A stretch of 62,748 nucleotides of DNA, the filler included, from Diploschistes diacapsis (lineage: Eukaryota), in the NCBI GenBank assembly GCA_023645945.1. It is 7 parts of 7 records of this genome, joined end to end, with 100 filler letters (N's around TTAATTAATTAA, not from the genome) between each part and the next. Parts side by side here need not be neighbours in the genome. Positions count along the whole stretch, not along the records: positions 1 to 28,276 come from JALAIB010000150.1; positions 28,377 to 34,031 come from JALAIB010001503.1; positions 34,132 to 39,786 come from JALAIB010001504.1; 4 more parts are not named here. One strand, 5' to 3'. This document shows, in pieces, positions 23,301 through 37,297 of this stretch (positions within the stretch are counted from its first letter, which is position 1; each line of letters starts with the position of its first letter). The position numbers and the translations under genes are program-made. The notes under the pieces are model-generated. The model was not told where the DNA came from. It was given only the letters and a program-made list of their open reading frames with translations, and did no database searches.

Positions 23301-24370
23301 GCTTGTTGAGGTCCCACACTCGAATTGTCTTGTCCTCGCCCACCGAAAGGATAAGGTCCTGGTGCGGATGGAACAGGGAAGCTGAGCAGTTCTGAAAATG
23401 CCCTCTGCATGTGTCTACCTCCCAAGCTTTGGTTTCTGACATTATAAGCATGTAACAGGACCTTTGACCCAGCCAGCTTACCGCTCATTCTCCACAGCTT
23501 GACGAGGCGATCGTCCCCAGCGGAAACAATCAATGGCAGCGTCGGGTGGAATGCGACCCAGTTGACGCCCCTATCGTGGCCTTCGAGTACAAACTTGACC
23601 ACAGCATCGGTATTGCCAAACATATCCGCTTGGTTCTGGTTAGCTCGAACCATTTGGTCCTCGAATGTCATTGATGTTGGCGCCGAGTGTTTCTTCCTAA
23701 GCCCAGAGATATCCCACACGCGCACTGTCTGATCCAACGAGGCCGATACGATGAGGTCATCCTTGGGGTGAAATTGAGCGCACATGGTGTAATGATTATG
23801 ACCGGTCATCGTGCATACTATGAACCAGAATATCAGCACCGCATACTCAGTATTCGTCGGTATCCCTACTCAATGAACGATTTTGCCAATTCCATATGCG
23901 TATAGTCTGATCATCCGAACACGACAAGATCCATGGCAGCTCGTGATGGAAGAAGACGGTCCGCACATAATCAAGGTGCCCATTCAAAGTGAACAGACAT
24001 CTCCGGGTCTGATACGACCAGACCTTGATCTTGTAGTCGTCCCCTCCTGACACGAAAAGAGGCTGTGTCTTGTGGAAGTCCACACCTCGTACAGGCCCGT
24101 CGTGTTCCTCAAACCTGTCGATCAAGGTTCCCATGCGGTAATCCCATAGCTGAATGGTAGAGGAGTGAAGCGAGACTAGAATCCATGGCCTGCGGAGCGT
24201 CAGCGACATGCGGCAGTATCTGGCCAGGAGATGGTGACGAACCGTTTTGGATGAAAAGCAATGCCCTTCGCTCTGGAAGACTTTGACTCGAACTAAAGAT
24301 TGTGAGCGCTAGCACAAGCCATTCCTTGCGGTCGCCATACCTTGGTCAACATGTTTGGTGAGGAACTCAT
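20348..24370 (-). CDS. COP1: Coatomer (COPI) subunit alpha
   Basis: [64 protein letters not shown]40 repeats; also [44 protein letters not shown] and C-terminal [23 protein letters not shown]. Multiple short introns. Confidence 0.97.
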
Positions 24371-24991
24371 GCTTGCGGACAAGGAGGGCACAAGAGCCTT
24401 TCAACGTGGGAGAGGGTGTATGGCTAGACAGGTAGATAACGACAAGGTGATAGAGAACGTCTGATCAATGGGCTTTGATCCGCGTTGGAGAGGTCCGCAT
24501 CCTGCAAGCTCATGGAATTATAGCTGCCTACCACAGACGCTGAATGGCTAAGTGGCAGGACGATGGACAACTTTTTTGACGTGTGCGTTTTCGGCCAGCA
24601 AGCCCCCGTCAAGATACTGCCCCAAGCGACCCAGTCGGTAGTATAATACCACTGGGGCTTTCCCCCCCAGGGAGTCTACTTAAGTTACAGCTTGGTTTGG
24701 GCCCAGGCGCCCCTTACTATCTATCCCTAAATCCATATCTCCAGCTGTTGGCCAAAATGGAAAACACTCTCGACAACAACAAGACATTAACAAGCATGTG
24801 TATCGAAGGTGACTGCTGGCTCGTCGCTGAAACCTCTCTAGGCATCAACAGATCCGAGTCCTCCACTGTACGAACAGGCACAAACCTGCAGCTTAAAAGT
24901 GCATTCGCATTCTCAATTTGGTAGTGATCCATGAACGGCATTTCTTTCGTATTCGCTAGCTACATTATATCCAATCCCTCGTGTTTGCCGA

Positions 24992-27511
24992 TTATCCGAG
25001 CTTGATGTTCCCGCTCGCCCCATTGAACTGGTTGATCGTCCCAGTAACCGGCGTTTTGCTAGCGCCATAGTACGCGAACCTATATGTACCGCTCAGCGTG
25101 CCCTCGGGGATGATCCACTGTAGCGTCGAAGAGCTGTAACCGAGCACGGTGTTCGTCCGGGCCCAACTGAAGACCAGCTCCCAGTCGGTGTCGTCCTTGT
25201 AGGTAACCCAAGATCCGTCGCTCCCTTGCTGCTGGATGTATGCATATGAGCTTCCCAGACGCAGATCGTTACGTGGATTGGCGCCAACGAAAGTCGCGCT
25301 TATCGTCTGCCCGGGCGATGCAGTGGTAGGTGGCTGAGTGGAGACGCTTCCGAAGGAAGAACCTAGCGGAGCGGTATCGTACACAACAGGTGGAATGAAA
25401 GAAAGTGAATTGGCGCGGTTGTCTGGGGGAGTTGGGCCGGGAGCAAGCGGTGTGGAAGGTGGGTTATCCGCGAGGTATGGCAGGTAGTACGTCGTCAGAT
25501 TCATATACGCATCGAGCGTCCACTGCCCATAAAGGGTTGAAGCTCCTTCGTAGCGTTGAACACCATACTCTTCGGGTGTGGCCAGGTAATGAGTGTAAGA
25601 GTTCGCTGGCCCACCAAGAACGACTACCGGCTCGCTATCGCCGGTCATGGAGGCATTCTTGGCGGCAGAGGCTATCGCATTCTTCCAGCGGCGTCCTGAC
25701 ATTGTGGTTGCCTCACCGGGTGATACGATGATGAAGAGTTGCCCAACGCGTTGGACTTGTACGTCTGCAATATCGGGTGCCCAGGCGTAAGGGGTATTGA
25801 TCTCGCCAACATCCAGCAAGATTGGCTTCGGCGCCTGGCAAGCCTTTTGCTGTGGAGATGGATCTTTAAGAGCGTCACGCACTACAGTCCATAGCGGATT
25901 AGCACTAGGTGAGCCGCTGTCACCCTGCTTGAAATCGAAGCTGCCGGGCCAGTCGCTAGTCCCAGCTGCAAAGGAGTAACCCAGAGCTGCAGCACAAGTG
26001 TTCACGTTTGTCCCATTCGAAAGCGCGAAACTGTATCCAGTCATGTTCTGGAAGGTATGATAAGATCTCACAGCCGAGCCAGTGATTGGTGTACTTTCAG
26101 AATCCCAATTCTGATAGAGACTATATGCTGCTTCAAATTGTCGTGTGCCAATGGTGTAGCAGCTGGTAGCGCCCAAGTCTTTGATGGTGAAATTCGGGCC
26201 TCGTCCGTGGCAATTCTCTGCAACACCACTGCAGAGACTCTGTTCGAAAGTGCACTGCACGTTAGAACCGTCTTCACACCAGGCACCCAGGATGTTTGGG
26301 CTTGTATCGCCAACATTCGATTGGGAGAAGCCAGCGACGAATCCATCGGCGACCGAGCTGCTGCCGTTCATAGTCTTCTCGAACATGGTAGCAGCCACGC
26401 CCTTGTTGTCGGCAGACGCAAAGGTATTGTTTCCGTACATGCTAGTGCCATGAACTGGAAACCAAGTAAGTATACCCATATCTTTGCTATCGGACGCTCG
26501 GGTGAACTTCATCATTGACATGAATTGGTCAATGTCGGCACTATATTGAGCTCTTTCGTCTGCCGGGTTCGCTAGATATGCGTAGGGACTTCGGTTGATA
26601 TTCGCATCAGTGATGTTCACAGTGCCATATCCCAGAGTGCCCAGCGCCAGGCTTTCGTGAGCCCTTTGGACGGATAAAACACTTCCGTTGACGATTGCTT
26701 CGTAACTCTGTTGGTCAAATCCCAGACTCGTGATCTGCGGCAGCAAGTAGTTCAACCAACCAGCCTAGAATCAATGAACAACGCACTTCACTTTAGTTGG
26801 CGATTTCTCTTACCGGTCCGTTATGGTTGTGCGTGCCAGTCACAGCAACGTTCGACGCTCCATACATCGAGTAGTCAGATCCAAGGGCAGCAATGCCTTC
26901 GAGTATTCCATTCCGGATAGCCGTGTCCCCAGACTGTGTATCCAAGACCATGTAGATAAAGCGCTCATTTCGATTCGATGGATCACCGATGATGAAGCTC
27001 CGCGCGTTCAATCGCTGGCGAAGGCCTGTTCCGATCTGACTTGTGTTCGCGTATCCCATGAACTCGATCTCTGCTACCGGTCTAATGATAGCATTAGCGA
27101 TTCAAAAATACTGACCAAAAGTTGGCTCCCATCATTTGGCAACCACATGTAGCTAAGAGGCTGTGGTGGACAAATCTGGGCGCTTTTCAGGGACCCTCGG
27201 CTTGTTTTCTTAACATGATCGTGCACTTGGAGGGCACCGTAACCGTGTAAAATGCTTTAAACGACGGATTCAAGGCGTACTCACCCTGTGATATCCGCTT
27301 TCCCAACTCCTAGAAGGTACTGACTCCCCATACTCCTTGGTTCCCACTTCTCCTCAAACGGCACCTGCCCGTCCTGCTGCTGCACGCCTCGCCAATTCGC
27401 AAAGTCAATACGCGGGTGTCCAAACACAGACGCGACGAGCTGGAACAGCGCCAGCACGGCGAACACGAAAGCAGCCATAACAGCGGCTACGGTGAATTTG
27501 GAGCGAGCCAT
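24992..27511 (-). CDS. Neutral/alkaline non-lysosomal ceramidase with N-terminal signal/anchor
   Basis: YLLGVGKADITG/PVAEIEFMGYA..GLRQRLNARSF, GTHNHNGP/AGWLNYLLPQIT, WFPVHGTSM, SNVGDTSPN, PGEATTMSGRRW, YLATPEEYGVQRYEGASTLYG and GANPRND. Introns 27284-27082 and about 26813-26765. Confidence 0.95.
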
Positions 27512-28276
27512 GATGGCGACGACGAGAGGAAGACGTCAAAGAAAGCCATCTTGGCAAGGGTTGCGGCGAGCGTGATCTTTTAAGCAAGTGGCCTAGTACC
27601 TTGTGTCCTCCTAACCTGCAGGCAAGCACCACCTAAAAGGTTGCACGGCCAATGAATGTTCTAGCCAATGGTCGTGCAGTCTTGATGTGCAGCGATGATC
27701 AGTCCGGGTTGGTACCTCTGTCCGAGAAGCTAGGGCAAGTAACGAAGCCTTAGTCAAGGGCTAAAGAGCTGGAGGGTGGCTGTTTAGCAGCAGGGCAGCG
27801 AGGATGCACGAGCACTGGAGGATCTACAGCGTAGGTACCTTTGGCGTCGCCGGACGGACTGCTGGTTAGGGTGTCATCGTCCGTATAGCCAGGGTTTTCG
27901 CAGTTGAACTTCCCCGCATCCAATGATGCTATAGGCTTGCCGGGGCCGGGTGTGATGTTAAGGTTTGCTTGGCAATCTATCGAGTGTGATGCGAAGTCAA
28001 AGCTGCTTCTCGAAGGTCTAGCTGGGACATCTAATAGACAAAAGATGCAGCCGAAGCATGTATGACTGCATATATATTACCTTTTAACCTCCGCAGTAGA
28101 GCATCCAGACGCTCCCGTGTAGCATAGTTATTTTGATTGAAATTTATTTTTTTTATCCCTATTTCTAAACAGGTAGGTGAGCTCTTTTTCTATTATTAAA
28201 CAAATTTTTTATTCTTTTTTTTTATTTTTTTATATAAATTTTCGAGCATTTCGAAGCTCTATCGAATGCTTAATTT

Positions 28277-28376
28277 NNNNNNNNNNNNNNNNNNNNNNNN
28301 NNNNNNNNNNNNNNNNNNNNTTAATTAATTAANNNNNNNNNNNNNNNNNNNNNNNNNNNNNNNNNNNNNNNNNNNN
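28277..28376. other. Artificial contig spacer (44N-TTAATTAATTAA-44N)
   Basis: The same 100-nt spacer occurs six times; the 12-mer places stop codons in all six frames. Confidence 0.98.
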
Positions 28377-31300
28377 GTTTGGGACCGAGTTCGCGCGGGG
28401 ACGGTGCTGGCTTGCGGCATTGTCCTGCGGGGTTTTGTTATCGTGTTTTGGCTGTCTCTGGCTCGTGGTCTCTGTTTTCGCCGGGTGCCTTTTCTGGACT
28501 CGTGCTTGCAGGTATCAAGGTAGCCGCAGAACTTCTTCGATGTTGTCATTTGTCGGCGATAGGAGAACGCGGCTCTCCAAGGACGTACGTGCTCGCGGTA
28601 TGCAGTGTTCAGGAAAATGCTAATGATATTGTTCTAAGATTTCATACGTTGCATCACTTGTGCTTTGCATTGCATAGATTAAAGAATTAGCTTTTCTTGC
28701 CTTGCAAGTCTTTTGCCGTTTCGAGACATTTCAGCTCATCCCAAAACGATCTAGTGGCTTCGATCGCCCCCTTTGCCCTCTCGGAGCCCTCTTGAGTTGC
28801 CCTCGGCGCCCTCCGTAACTGCAGAATTTTTGTCCAGCACCCTTGCATTCTCCCCCTACCACTGTACGCTTTACTTATTTTCGGAAATGGTTGGCCACGC
28901 TGTCGACTTTGCTGGTTTACTCAACGTGCAGCACAGCTCCCTCAAACCATCGTCGTTAAACGCCCCCACCGTACGCCCTCTCAGCTCTGACGCAGCGGCC
29001 CTCTGCTTTGCGGCGGGGGGACAGAACCCGCTAAAGTGTGTCTTGTTACTGCTGATGGTGGTGGAACTGCTCTTTTGGAAGCACGCCCTCGGTTCTTCGG
29101 ATTCTGCACTTCGAAAGACGCAATGGCGTTCCAAGGTGAACACAGCACGCTTTCGGACTGCCAGCGTTCCAAGGGATCTTCAAGAGTGTCCGGGCTAGTC
29201 TTTTCGGAGGCCTTCCCTAATGCGAGTAGGGATTGATGCCCTCTCTTGTACTGAGAGCAGTGGGTGAGCGATAATGAGTTTTCTTGGGTGTGGGTCTTAG
29301 ATATTGATTGTCTACGCTTGGTTGAGGAGTGATGGGACTGTTTATGGATCTTCTTGGGAGTCGTGGGTTCATGTAGCCGGCTTTGACGACGCTCTTCCAT
29401 TGATTGGAAAGATTGAGTCGACCGGGGCCATGGACGACTGGTTTTCTGGTGGTCATGTTAGCTTACATTCCCAATGCCAACTTGAGGGGATGTGTAAGTA
29501 CCACATGTGATCTAAGGCTGTTTGAATTAGGAGCCATTGGAGCTTCGTAGATTTTCTGCTGCCCAATTAGCACGAGTCAATGCCTTGAGGGTCAGTACCT
29601 ACAGAAGAGGCTGGCTGCTGCTTGGAGGACATAAAGGAGGTACGCAAGACGGCCCGCCAGCGTGAGTGGACAAGTAGAAGATCAGGTGTCTTTATAAGGG
29701 ATTAGTGAGGTAGAAACGGCGGCGTGACGAGGTCACTGAAAGAACAGACGAAGAACTCTGAAAAGGAGGAATCGTATCGCAAAACTAGGACGCCAGATGA
29801 AGCACAGAACAGAGCCAGCAAGCGACCAATATATATACTACAAGGACGCCCTCCTAGCCCCTCTTTCCTATGCCAGGCCAGTTGGAGCTTGACAATAGGG
29901 TTCGACGCCCTCTGCGCAGAGTAGCGACAATCGACACGTGCCTAAGGGCTAGCATGCTTCTCTTCCACGCACACCCTCCTGCCGCACAGGGGAGCGGGAG
30001 CTGCTATCACCGTCTCTGACGTCCTGCCTCTAGCGTCGCTTCCAATCAAGGGACGATATACAGCCATAGACGCGGCCGTGTGGTGGGTTCCCTCCAGCGT
30101 GAACCACGCAGCGCTGAGAAACTCGATTCGAGGGGTGCAGAAGCATCATGGCTGAGCTTGCTTCCCCAGGCACGGACACGCTATACTCGTGCCTCCATCA
30201 TGTGCCTGTCACAGATAGCGAAAGCTAGAGCTTGGCTCCCTGATCGGATTAGAAACTGTCGTCCGTGCAGGACTGATATACGAGTGTGTCCTATGTTTTT
30301 ACCATCTTTAGCATCTGGATGTGGAGTTTAGTGGTGCGCAGAGAACGAGTCCCGCCTCGCAGCTTTAGCCGCACACTCAGAATCTAAATTCAGCTCCTTT
30401 ACAGCCTGCACTGACGCTATACAGTACCTTCCCCAGCACCGAGGCTTCTGTGTCGTGTCGAACGCCTCTAACGGGGTTTAGACCAGGAAATAGAACCGCG
30501 AGCAGTATCTTACAAACGGCTACGGAATATAGTTATGGAAAAATAATACGAGATGCACTTCGACAGGCATCACGCACAACAATTATCCCCAAAGGCAAAG
30601 CATGCGCTTCGATCTAATGTCGATATTCGCAAGCAAAGCCACTCTGGGAAACCATGTTGAGCTGTTCATCTCTAAGCTTATAATCTGAGCCCTACAAAGT
30701 ATTGCGCAAAGGCCCCCAAAGCTTCCAGACTTTGACATTCCTGAAGTTGCAACATCAACAGGTTCTCCTTTTTTTTGAAGCCGCCGCTCTCAGCCTCCAT
30801 CTAAATAAGACAAAGGACTTCAAGTGATGAAGACAGATATGAAGCTCGGCTGACGTCTGAACGCTCGATGGCGAGTTATCATTGGCTTATTCTCAATACT
30901 TGGGGAAGTATCTAATTGTGTACACGACAACTGGCCAGCTGAACGCTGGCTCGAAGGTTATTATCCCCTGGCCATATCGAAAATGGGACCTCTTTAGCTT
31001 CCTCTCTCGAACAAGTCGCACAATTCGCGGCGCAGCTTCTCTAAAACACTGGTGTCCACGCCCCTGACAGCGTGCAGAAGCTTGGCCTTCAGTATTGCTC
31101 TTCCGATTCGTGCTTGTTGCAATACTCCAGGGACTTTTTTGATCAGCTCTGACGATGCTTACTAGGATAATCTCTTTGCTCACTTGCTCTCCAACTACTG
31201 CAACGATGCGAAACCTTTTCGTCATCCCCCGTTTAGGCATGATTTCGCAGCATCAGTGGCTGAAATGGTGTCCCATTTGTGTCCGATATATCGTTGTGGC

Positions 31301-31511
31301 ATTGGTCCAGGGCGCTGATCAAAATGAAAGACGAGAGACTTTTCCTGTATAATTTCTTTCCAGCTCGGTTTTCATCTACCCTAATTATCGCTTTCTTATT
31401 CTGTGTTGTTCTCTCCTTCCCAGTGCTTTCGCCGCTGCGCTGCTCGCTCTCTGCTTACTCTTTCACTCCCCACCCCGGTTATTCAGTGCAGTCACAGCGT
31501 TAACCCAAGAG

Positions 31512-33850
31512 ATGCCGCGGCGAGAGGCTGGCCTCGAAACCGGCGCTCAGCGAGGAGCTGTGAGCGAGAAAGGTTCCCCCGCTATTACTGTCTCCGAAAA
31601 TGGCAACGCCTGCTCTACACATTTATTTCGGCCAGATTCCGAGCTCGATGAACCGTATCTGCACAATATCAGAGATGCTATCGAGAACCTGAAGCGGGCA
31701 TACAGATCTTCGACTGGATTAAGAAGAGGAAGGCGCCGGTCTAGTACGCAGTATGTTTAGCACCTGTGGCACTCCTGCTCGTCATACCGACCGTCCTCCT
31801 TAGCACTGCTTTTGACAAAGCATAATCAGCACTCCAGCAGCCCTCCGGCATCATCTAATAGCACAATGCCTGCAGCGTTCGCAGTACATGCTGCTGGGCT
31901 GTTCGTATGGCCGGAAATAGTCACACTCGTGCTCTGGGTTGCCGCTAGCTTGGCTCGGCTGTCGGTAAGTTCCTTCAATTGGGGATGCGATGTGTTCAGG
32001 GAAGAGCTCGAGACCCGTCAACTTTTGTTCGATGCTCTAAAGAACATCTCAAGTAATCTGATGACTCTCCCGGTCACGCTCGTTCTGTGGACAATTATGG
32101 GTTTTGCCACAACAGCCACCATTTGCATTTTTGATGAAGGTCAGCCTCAATGTGATCAATCCTCGGGCTCTTGGATTCATGTCATGAACAGAGCATTCGA
32201 GGCAGGCATCGTAGTATCCTTCATCCTGTGGGTCGAGCGCCTGCTGATCTGCATGTTGCTCATCTCGTACTACGGGAAACAGTATGACTCTGAACACCAA
32301 GTGTTTAATCCGATACCAGTCAGTCAGGAACCTCTTCTACTCGACCCTTCACCGCCTTCCGAAGCACAAGCATAAGCTCCACGCCCAAGCTCAAACTTGC
32401 CAGGACTGCAAGCAGGCTGGAATGAGGTCTTTGCCGCGAGAGGACCGCCGATGATCTCGGAACATATCTTTGCTACTTCTTTAACAGTTTGACCTTCTCG
32501 TCGGTGGTTGCCGTTGAGAGATGGGTCTGATCCAACTTAATCAAGGACATCCTTACGAAAGATCTCCGGTAGTGAGTTTGCTATGATATGGAGAAATTCC
32601 CGGAAGAGGACAGCGGCGACGACATGACTGTTAGAAGCTATTCGGAGATTCTTAATGGAAACAACGATAAAGATATCACGTACGAAGAGATGCAGACGGC
32701 TATTAAGCGGTTGGGCAGACGGGCAGAGACTCTGGAAAAGACATTGCACAATGTTCGCGAAGCCACGGAGAGCCTCGACCGGCCTCTATCGGTTGTTGTG
32801 CTCACTGCCGTTGCTTTCATATACGGTAGGTGCCATGCTCCACTCGAAGGAGATTCTCTATGCTGATCCCCCTAGCTGCCATCTTGACCGCCTTTACCGC
32901 TCTCGGCTGTGCCCTCTCCGGTACCGTCACTGATTTCCTCGGCTCCTGCACTTTCCTCTTCGTCAAGCACCAATAATATGCCGGCGACCGCATCGAGATC
33001 AACCGTGTCCAGCTGCACGTCGACAGTATAGCGCTGCTGATGACTCGCTTTGCCCACGTGGACAACGGCAAGTTCGTTCAGCTGCCGCACAGCATGCTGG
33101 GCACGTATTGGATTGAAAACCTGTCGCGCAGCGAGAAGTCGAAGAAGTACTTTACGATCCCCGTCAGCCCGGATACGAGCTCCGCGACCATCGAGGCGGT
33201 TAAGAAGGATTTGCAGACGTTTGTGAAGAGGAACGCGGGGGATTTCCAAGGACGGATCGGTAAAATATCTCGCTGTCGGCCATTGACCATCTCACGCAGT
33301 TGAAGTCGGACGCTGAAGCTGAGCACAAGGTTCGTCCCATTCCTTCTCCCTGAAGTGTCTGCCCATTACCATCAAATCCTCGTCAATCCTCACATCACGC
33401 CGAGGCCCTGCCCAGCCTCCTCTTCTTTATATCTCTCTTTTCCGCGGCGTCGTGCCTTCCAATGCCACTCACTTCCAAACTAACCCACCGCTACCACAAC
33501 AGTTCAAATACTTGGACGACAACGTCCACGCCGACCGCCAAACACACTTCAAGTGCGCCCCCCTCGCCTTCCTGCGCGACCATGACGTCGCGGCGCCCAA
33601 TACTGGCCCCCTGGCCATGGGCGGCCCGAGGCGGCCCACGCACGCCACCATGTCGAGCGCGGAGGAGCTGGGAACGGCGAAGAGCAGGCAGGAGGCTGAG
33701 CAGGAGGAAACGAAGAAGAGGAAGAAAGGAGGGGGACGTGAGCGCGAGCAGTATTCTGGCCGTGGATTAGTTGGCGCAGGGTGTGTGGGCAAGGAGTGGC
33801 TGCATGAGAAGCAGCAGGGAGGGGGTGCGGGACACCGCGGGGGCCCGTGA
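31512..33850 (+). pseudogene. MscS-like mechanosensitive channel (Msy1/Msy2 type) pseudogene
   Basis: GLFVWPEIVTLVLWVA, ILWVERLLICMLLISYY, EF-hand-like NGNNDKDITYEEM and FLGSCTFLFVKHQ*YAGDRIEI...WIENLSRS (family consensus FLFVKHPYDVGDR). In-frame TAA at 32974-32976 and frameshifts near 31750, 31820 and 32300. The 3' end is approximate. Confidence 0.8.
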
Positions 33851-34031
33851 GCCGGGAAGGGGGGGCCTCCTTGGGACGGTGCGTTTTGAGACCGCAACGA
33901 GAGCGAGGATATTCCCAAAGCACCGTGCACACAAAAACCTCTGGCTGGTCTGGTAGCGCGGGCCGCGCGAAGTAGTCAACGAAGCACCAAATAACGAACC
34001 GGACTGGAATAATTTTTTTTAAAAAAATAAA

Positions 34032-34131
34032 NNNNNNNNNNNNNNNNNNNNNNNNNNNNNNNNNNNNNNNNNNNNTTAATTAATTAANNNNNNNNNNNNN
34101 NNNNNNNNNNNNNNNNNNNNNNNNNNNNNNN
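34032..34131. other. Artificial contig spacer
   Basis: 44N-TTAATTAATTAA-44N. Confidence 0.98.
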
Positions 34132-35001
34132 AACCCCCCCCTTGGCCCCCATTGCCCCACTTAGCACTTTATGCGGAGGATTCCATCTCTAACCATGCTT
34201 GGTATCGCGTTGTCCACAGTACTTGTCCTCTTACTCCTCCTTTCCCTATCCATCCATTACTAGTTAGAAAACTATATGCTCCAGCCTAATTACTGTGTTT
34301 CTGTTTCTGCTGCAATCCAGCTGTGGGCATCTAAAACTTGGACGGTCGCTGAACACGTCGCAAAAAGTCTTCTTGGAGTCTCAGATGATCAACTTTCTTA
34401 GCATCAAGGCTCTCTCGGCCTTCCGTCTATGTCTATCGAAATTCAGAGTGCGGGCTAGGGCGGTAGGGCTGCAGCACTCACTCAGCTAGTCTGAGTTTCT
34501 TTGATTCTTGACTCAACTTCCCCTCATTATCCGTTACCAGTCCAGAGCTATTGGCTGCATTCGAGATGTTACCGCATGAGTCACTTCTTGCTTACAAGTT
34601 GTTGGTCGCCAGCGAGTCACTAGAGTACTGCTAGAGGTAGGTGTTCTGTGGTACGTTCGCTATTCGACAACAGTTTGTTATATCGCTTGCAGATAACCGT
34701 ATAAGGGCAGATAGTCGATCCATTCAACTGCCAATCGGCTCTTCTCCAACCAACGTCACGACACACATTTTCTTACTGACATAGTCCGTACTATCCATTG
34801 TTCACAGTACGTTGCATGGAAGCGCACAAGGGCTTCCAACGCAGGAACGATCCCCGCAGTATTGCGACACAGTACAAACCCAACCCTTCCTCCGCTCAAT
34901 TCATCGACGTTGGTTGATGGTTGAACATTCTAGAAGCGTGCCAAGTAGCTTTGTAACGCTTCTGTAGAAGACTTGGGATTGAAGACCGTGAGGTCTGCAG
35001 T

Positions 35002-36596
35002 ATGGATTCGGTGACGTTCCCGGCAGGCGATCCTGCGAATCCCAGAAATTGGCCCTTGTGGCGGAAATGGTCCATCTTGGCTGTGATAATCTTGGTGGAT
35101 CTGACAGTGAGCTGGACCGCATCAGGATTCTCGCCTGCGAGCGCAGAATTCAGTGAGGAATTTGGAGTCTCAACCGAAGTGGCTACCCTTGGCTTGAGCT
35201 TGACTGTTTTGGGCTTTGCCCTGGGCCCTATGACTCTCGCCCCCCTATCCGAGTACTTTGGTCGCAGCCCCGTCTACATCGGGGTGTATGGTGTATTCTT
35301 GCTGTTTCTACTCGGGACAGCCCTTGTGCAGAGCCTCGGCGGGTTCTTAGTCCTTAGGCTATTTGCAGGCCTGTTCTGTTCAGTCACCATAGGTAAGATA
35401 CGATCAGCGGGGCTGAGTCAACAAGACTTATACCTTCAGCGAACATTGGCGGTACCATTGCAGATCTGTGGCCGCACAATGAGACGGGTATACCGATGTC
35501 GCTTTTTTTGTGGGCTGCCACTTGCGGCTCTCCATCCGGCTACTTTCTCTTTTCCTTCGTTGCCCAGACTCGGGGCTGGCGCGCGGTCTTTTGGGCCCTC
35601 TTGGGCATCTGCGGCGGCTTTTGGGTCTTAATGGGCCTTGTGCTCAAAGAGACTCGGCATACTACCATCCTGCGAACGCGCGTCAAAGCCAGACGTAAGC
35701 AGGCCGGACCCGGAGGCATGGAACCGGCCGAGGCAGAGCTCTTGGAACATCGAAGCGCCAGAGAGCTGTTCCGCATAGCGTTGACGACACCGTTCAGGTT
35801 TCTCTTTACCGAAGCCATTGTTATCTTCTGTGCGCTCTTCAACGGATACCTTTACGGCATCAGCTTCTTATTCAATGAAGCTTTCGGCCTTGTATTTGGC
35901 CCCAAAGGCCATGGATTCCATACTATCGAAGTTGGCCTTGCCTTCTTGGGTATCGTCATCGGCATTTCGCTCGGTCCGGTCACCAATCTATGGCAGGAGC
36001 GATATTACCAACGTCGCACTGGAGGTCGGCCTGAGATTAACATTCCTGAAGCACGTGTGCAGCTTAGTCGAGTCGCGGCGATCGGTGAGTCCGAAAGTCT
36101 TAAAATCTCGGATGCTCCGCTGATCCATCTGTTAGTCCTCCCCATCTCGCTCTTTTGGTTCTCTTGGACCACCTATAAGAGCGTGCACTGGATAGTTCCC
36201 ATTATCGCATCCGCTTTCTGGGGCTGGTCGTTCTACACCCTTATTTTGATGACATACATGTATATAGAGGATTCGTACAATGTCTATTCTGCGTCTGCAT
36301 TGGCCGGTTTGGGCTTGGTACGGAATCTCTTTGGGGCAGCATTTCCGTTGTTCTCGGAACAGCTCTTTGCTACAGAGGGTAACCAATGGGGCGGAAGTAT
36401 ACTGGCATTCCTCGCCATCGCTCTGGCCCCAATACCTTTTGTCCTGATTCGATATGGCCTTGGGCTAAGGCAGAGGAGTCCTTGGGCTATGGGTCACATG
36501 GAGGGGGTTGTCGACACCGATGTCACAGTCGCCGGGAGCAATGGTGGCGAGGCTGAGCTTGAAAAGGGGACTGAGGCTCACGAGGCAGAGGGCTAG
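35002..36596 (+). CDS. MFS transporter, DHA1 (drug:H+ antiporter / polyamine-type) family; true start may lie upstream
   Basis: DPANPRNWPLWRKW, GFALGPMTLAPLSEYFGRSPVY, SVTI/ANIGGTIADLW, GWRAVFW, LKETR, PFRFLFTEAIV, PEARV and YSASALAG..VRNLFGAAFPLF. Introns about 35392-35439 and 36085-36135. Confidence 0.92.
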
Positions 36597-37297
36597 TCTG
36601 CGTCTAAGGAGCTAACCCTAGTAGATGCTTGCGATCACGCACCTAACGATGTTAGTAGTACAGACTCCCGAGCTCAGCCACAAACCTAACGAAGCAACAA
36701 CGTTACCAAAGTTTTGAACGGTTGTAATATGTTTGGGCTCGAAGAACCATTGTTATCCGGGGTTTGGAACCCAATATATATACACAGCTGACTTTACTTT
36801 GTATCATGTATGGATAGGACCTGGGTTGTAGGTGTGGACTTCTCACACCAGGCATGCTTGCGGAAAGGAAGGTCCCGAGTCCACGATGGCCGGATCCGTG
36901 GTTCGGGATCGACAGGTAGCATTGCAGAGTCGGTTGCCTGTTTCGGTTCAGGGGCTAAATAACGGTCAAGGAACGCCGTGAAGGAAAGGACTTAGTATCT
37001 GCATATCGACAAAGAAAACGGCAGGGCGAAAGAACACTGTCGTCAACCGAGCTTTATGCTTAATTTATGTGTTTAATCTAGGAGGAGCTCTCTAGGATGA
37101 GCTCCGATCAAGAGCTCTGAAATGCGCATAAGAGGGAAATATACATAGCTGCTCCTCTTTGCATTTGTCTGCTTCCACCGTGATGAAAAACCGGAGATAA
37201 GGCAAGTTCAAGCGCATGGATGAACCCACATAACGTCTGGCCTTTAGCCCACAAACGTGAGATCTTCCTAGTTTCCACGCATGGAATCAAAGCTAGT

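Noticed and set aside
5585..24370. SLY1 and alpha-COP as an ER-Golgi trafficking gene cluster
   Set aside because: They are 12 kb apart with unrelated and decayed sequence between; chance proximity is sufficient.
28321..28332. TTAATTAATTAA recurring at about 5.75-kb intervals as a biological repeat or array
   Set aside because: Always flanked by exactly 44 N on each side; it is a synthetic six-frame-stop linker.
28377..29460. Possible minus-strand gene fragments at the start of contig 2
   Set aside because: No family motif or consistent splice model found.
32974..32976. Stop-codon readthrough or A-to-I correction of the MscS premature stop
   Set aside because: It is a TAA at a Tyr position rather than a TAG at Trp, and the gene has independent frameshifts.
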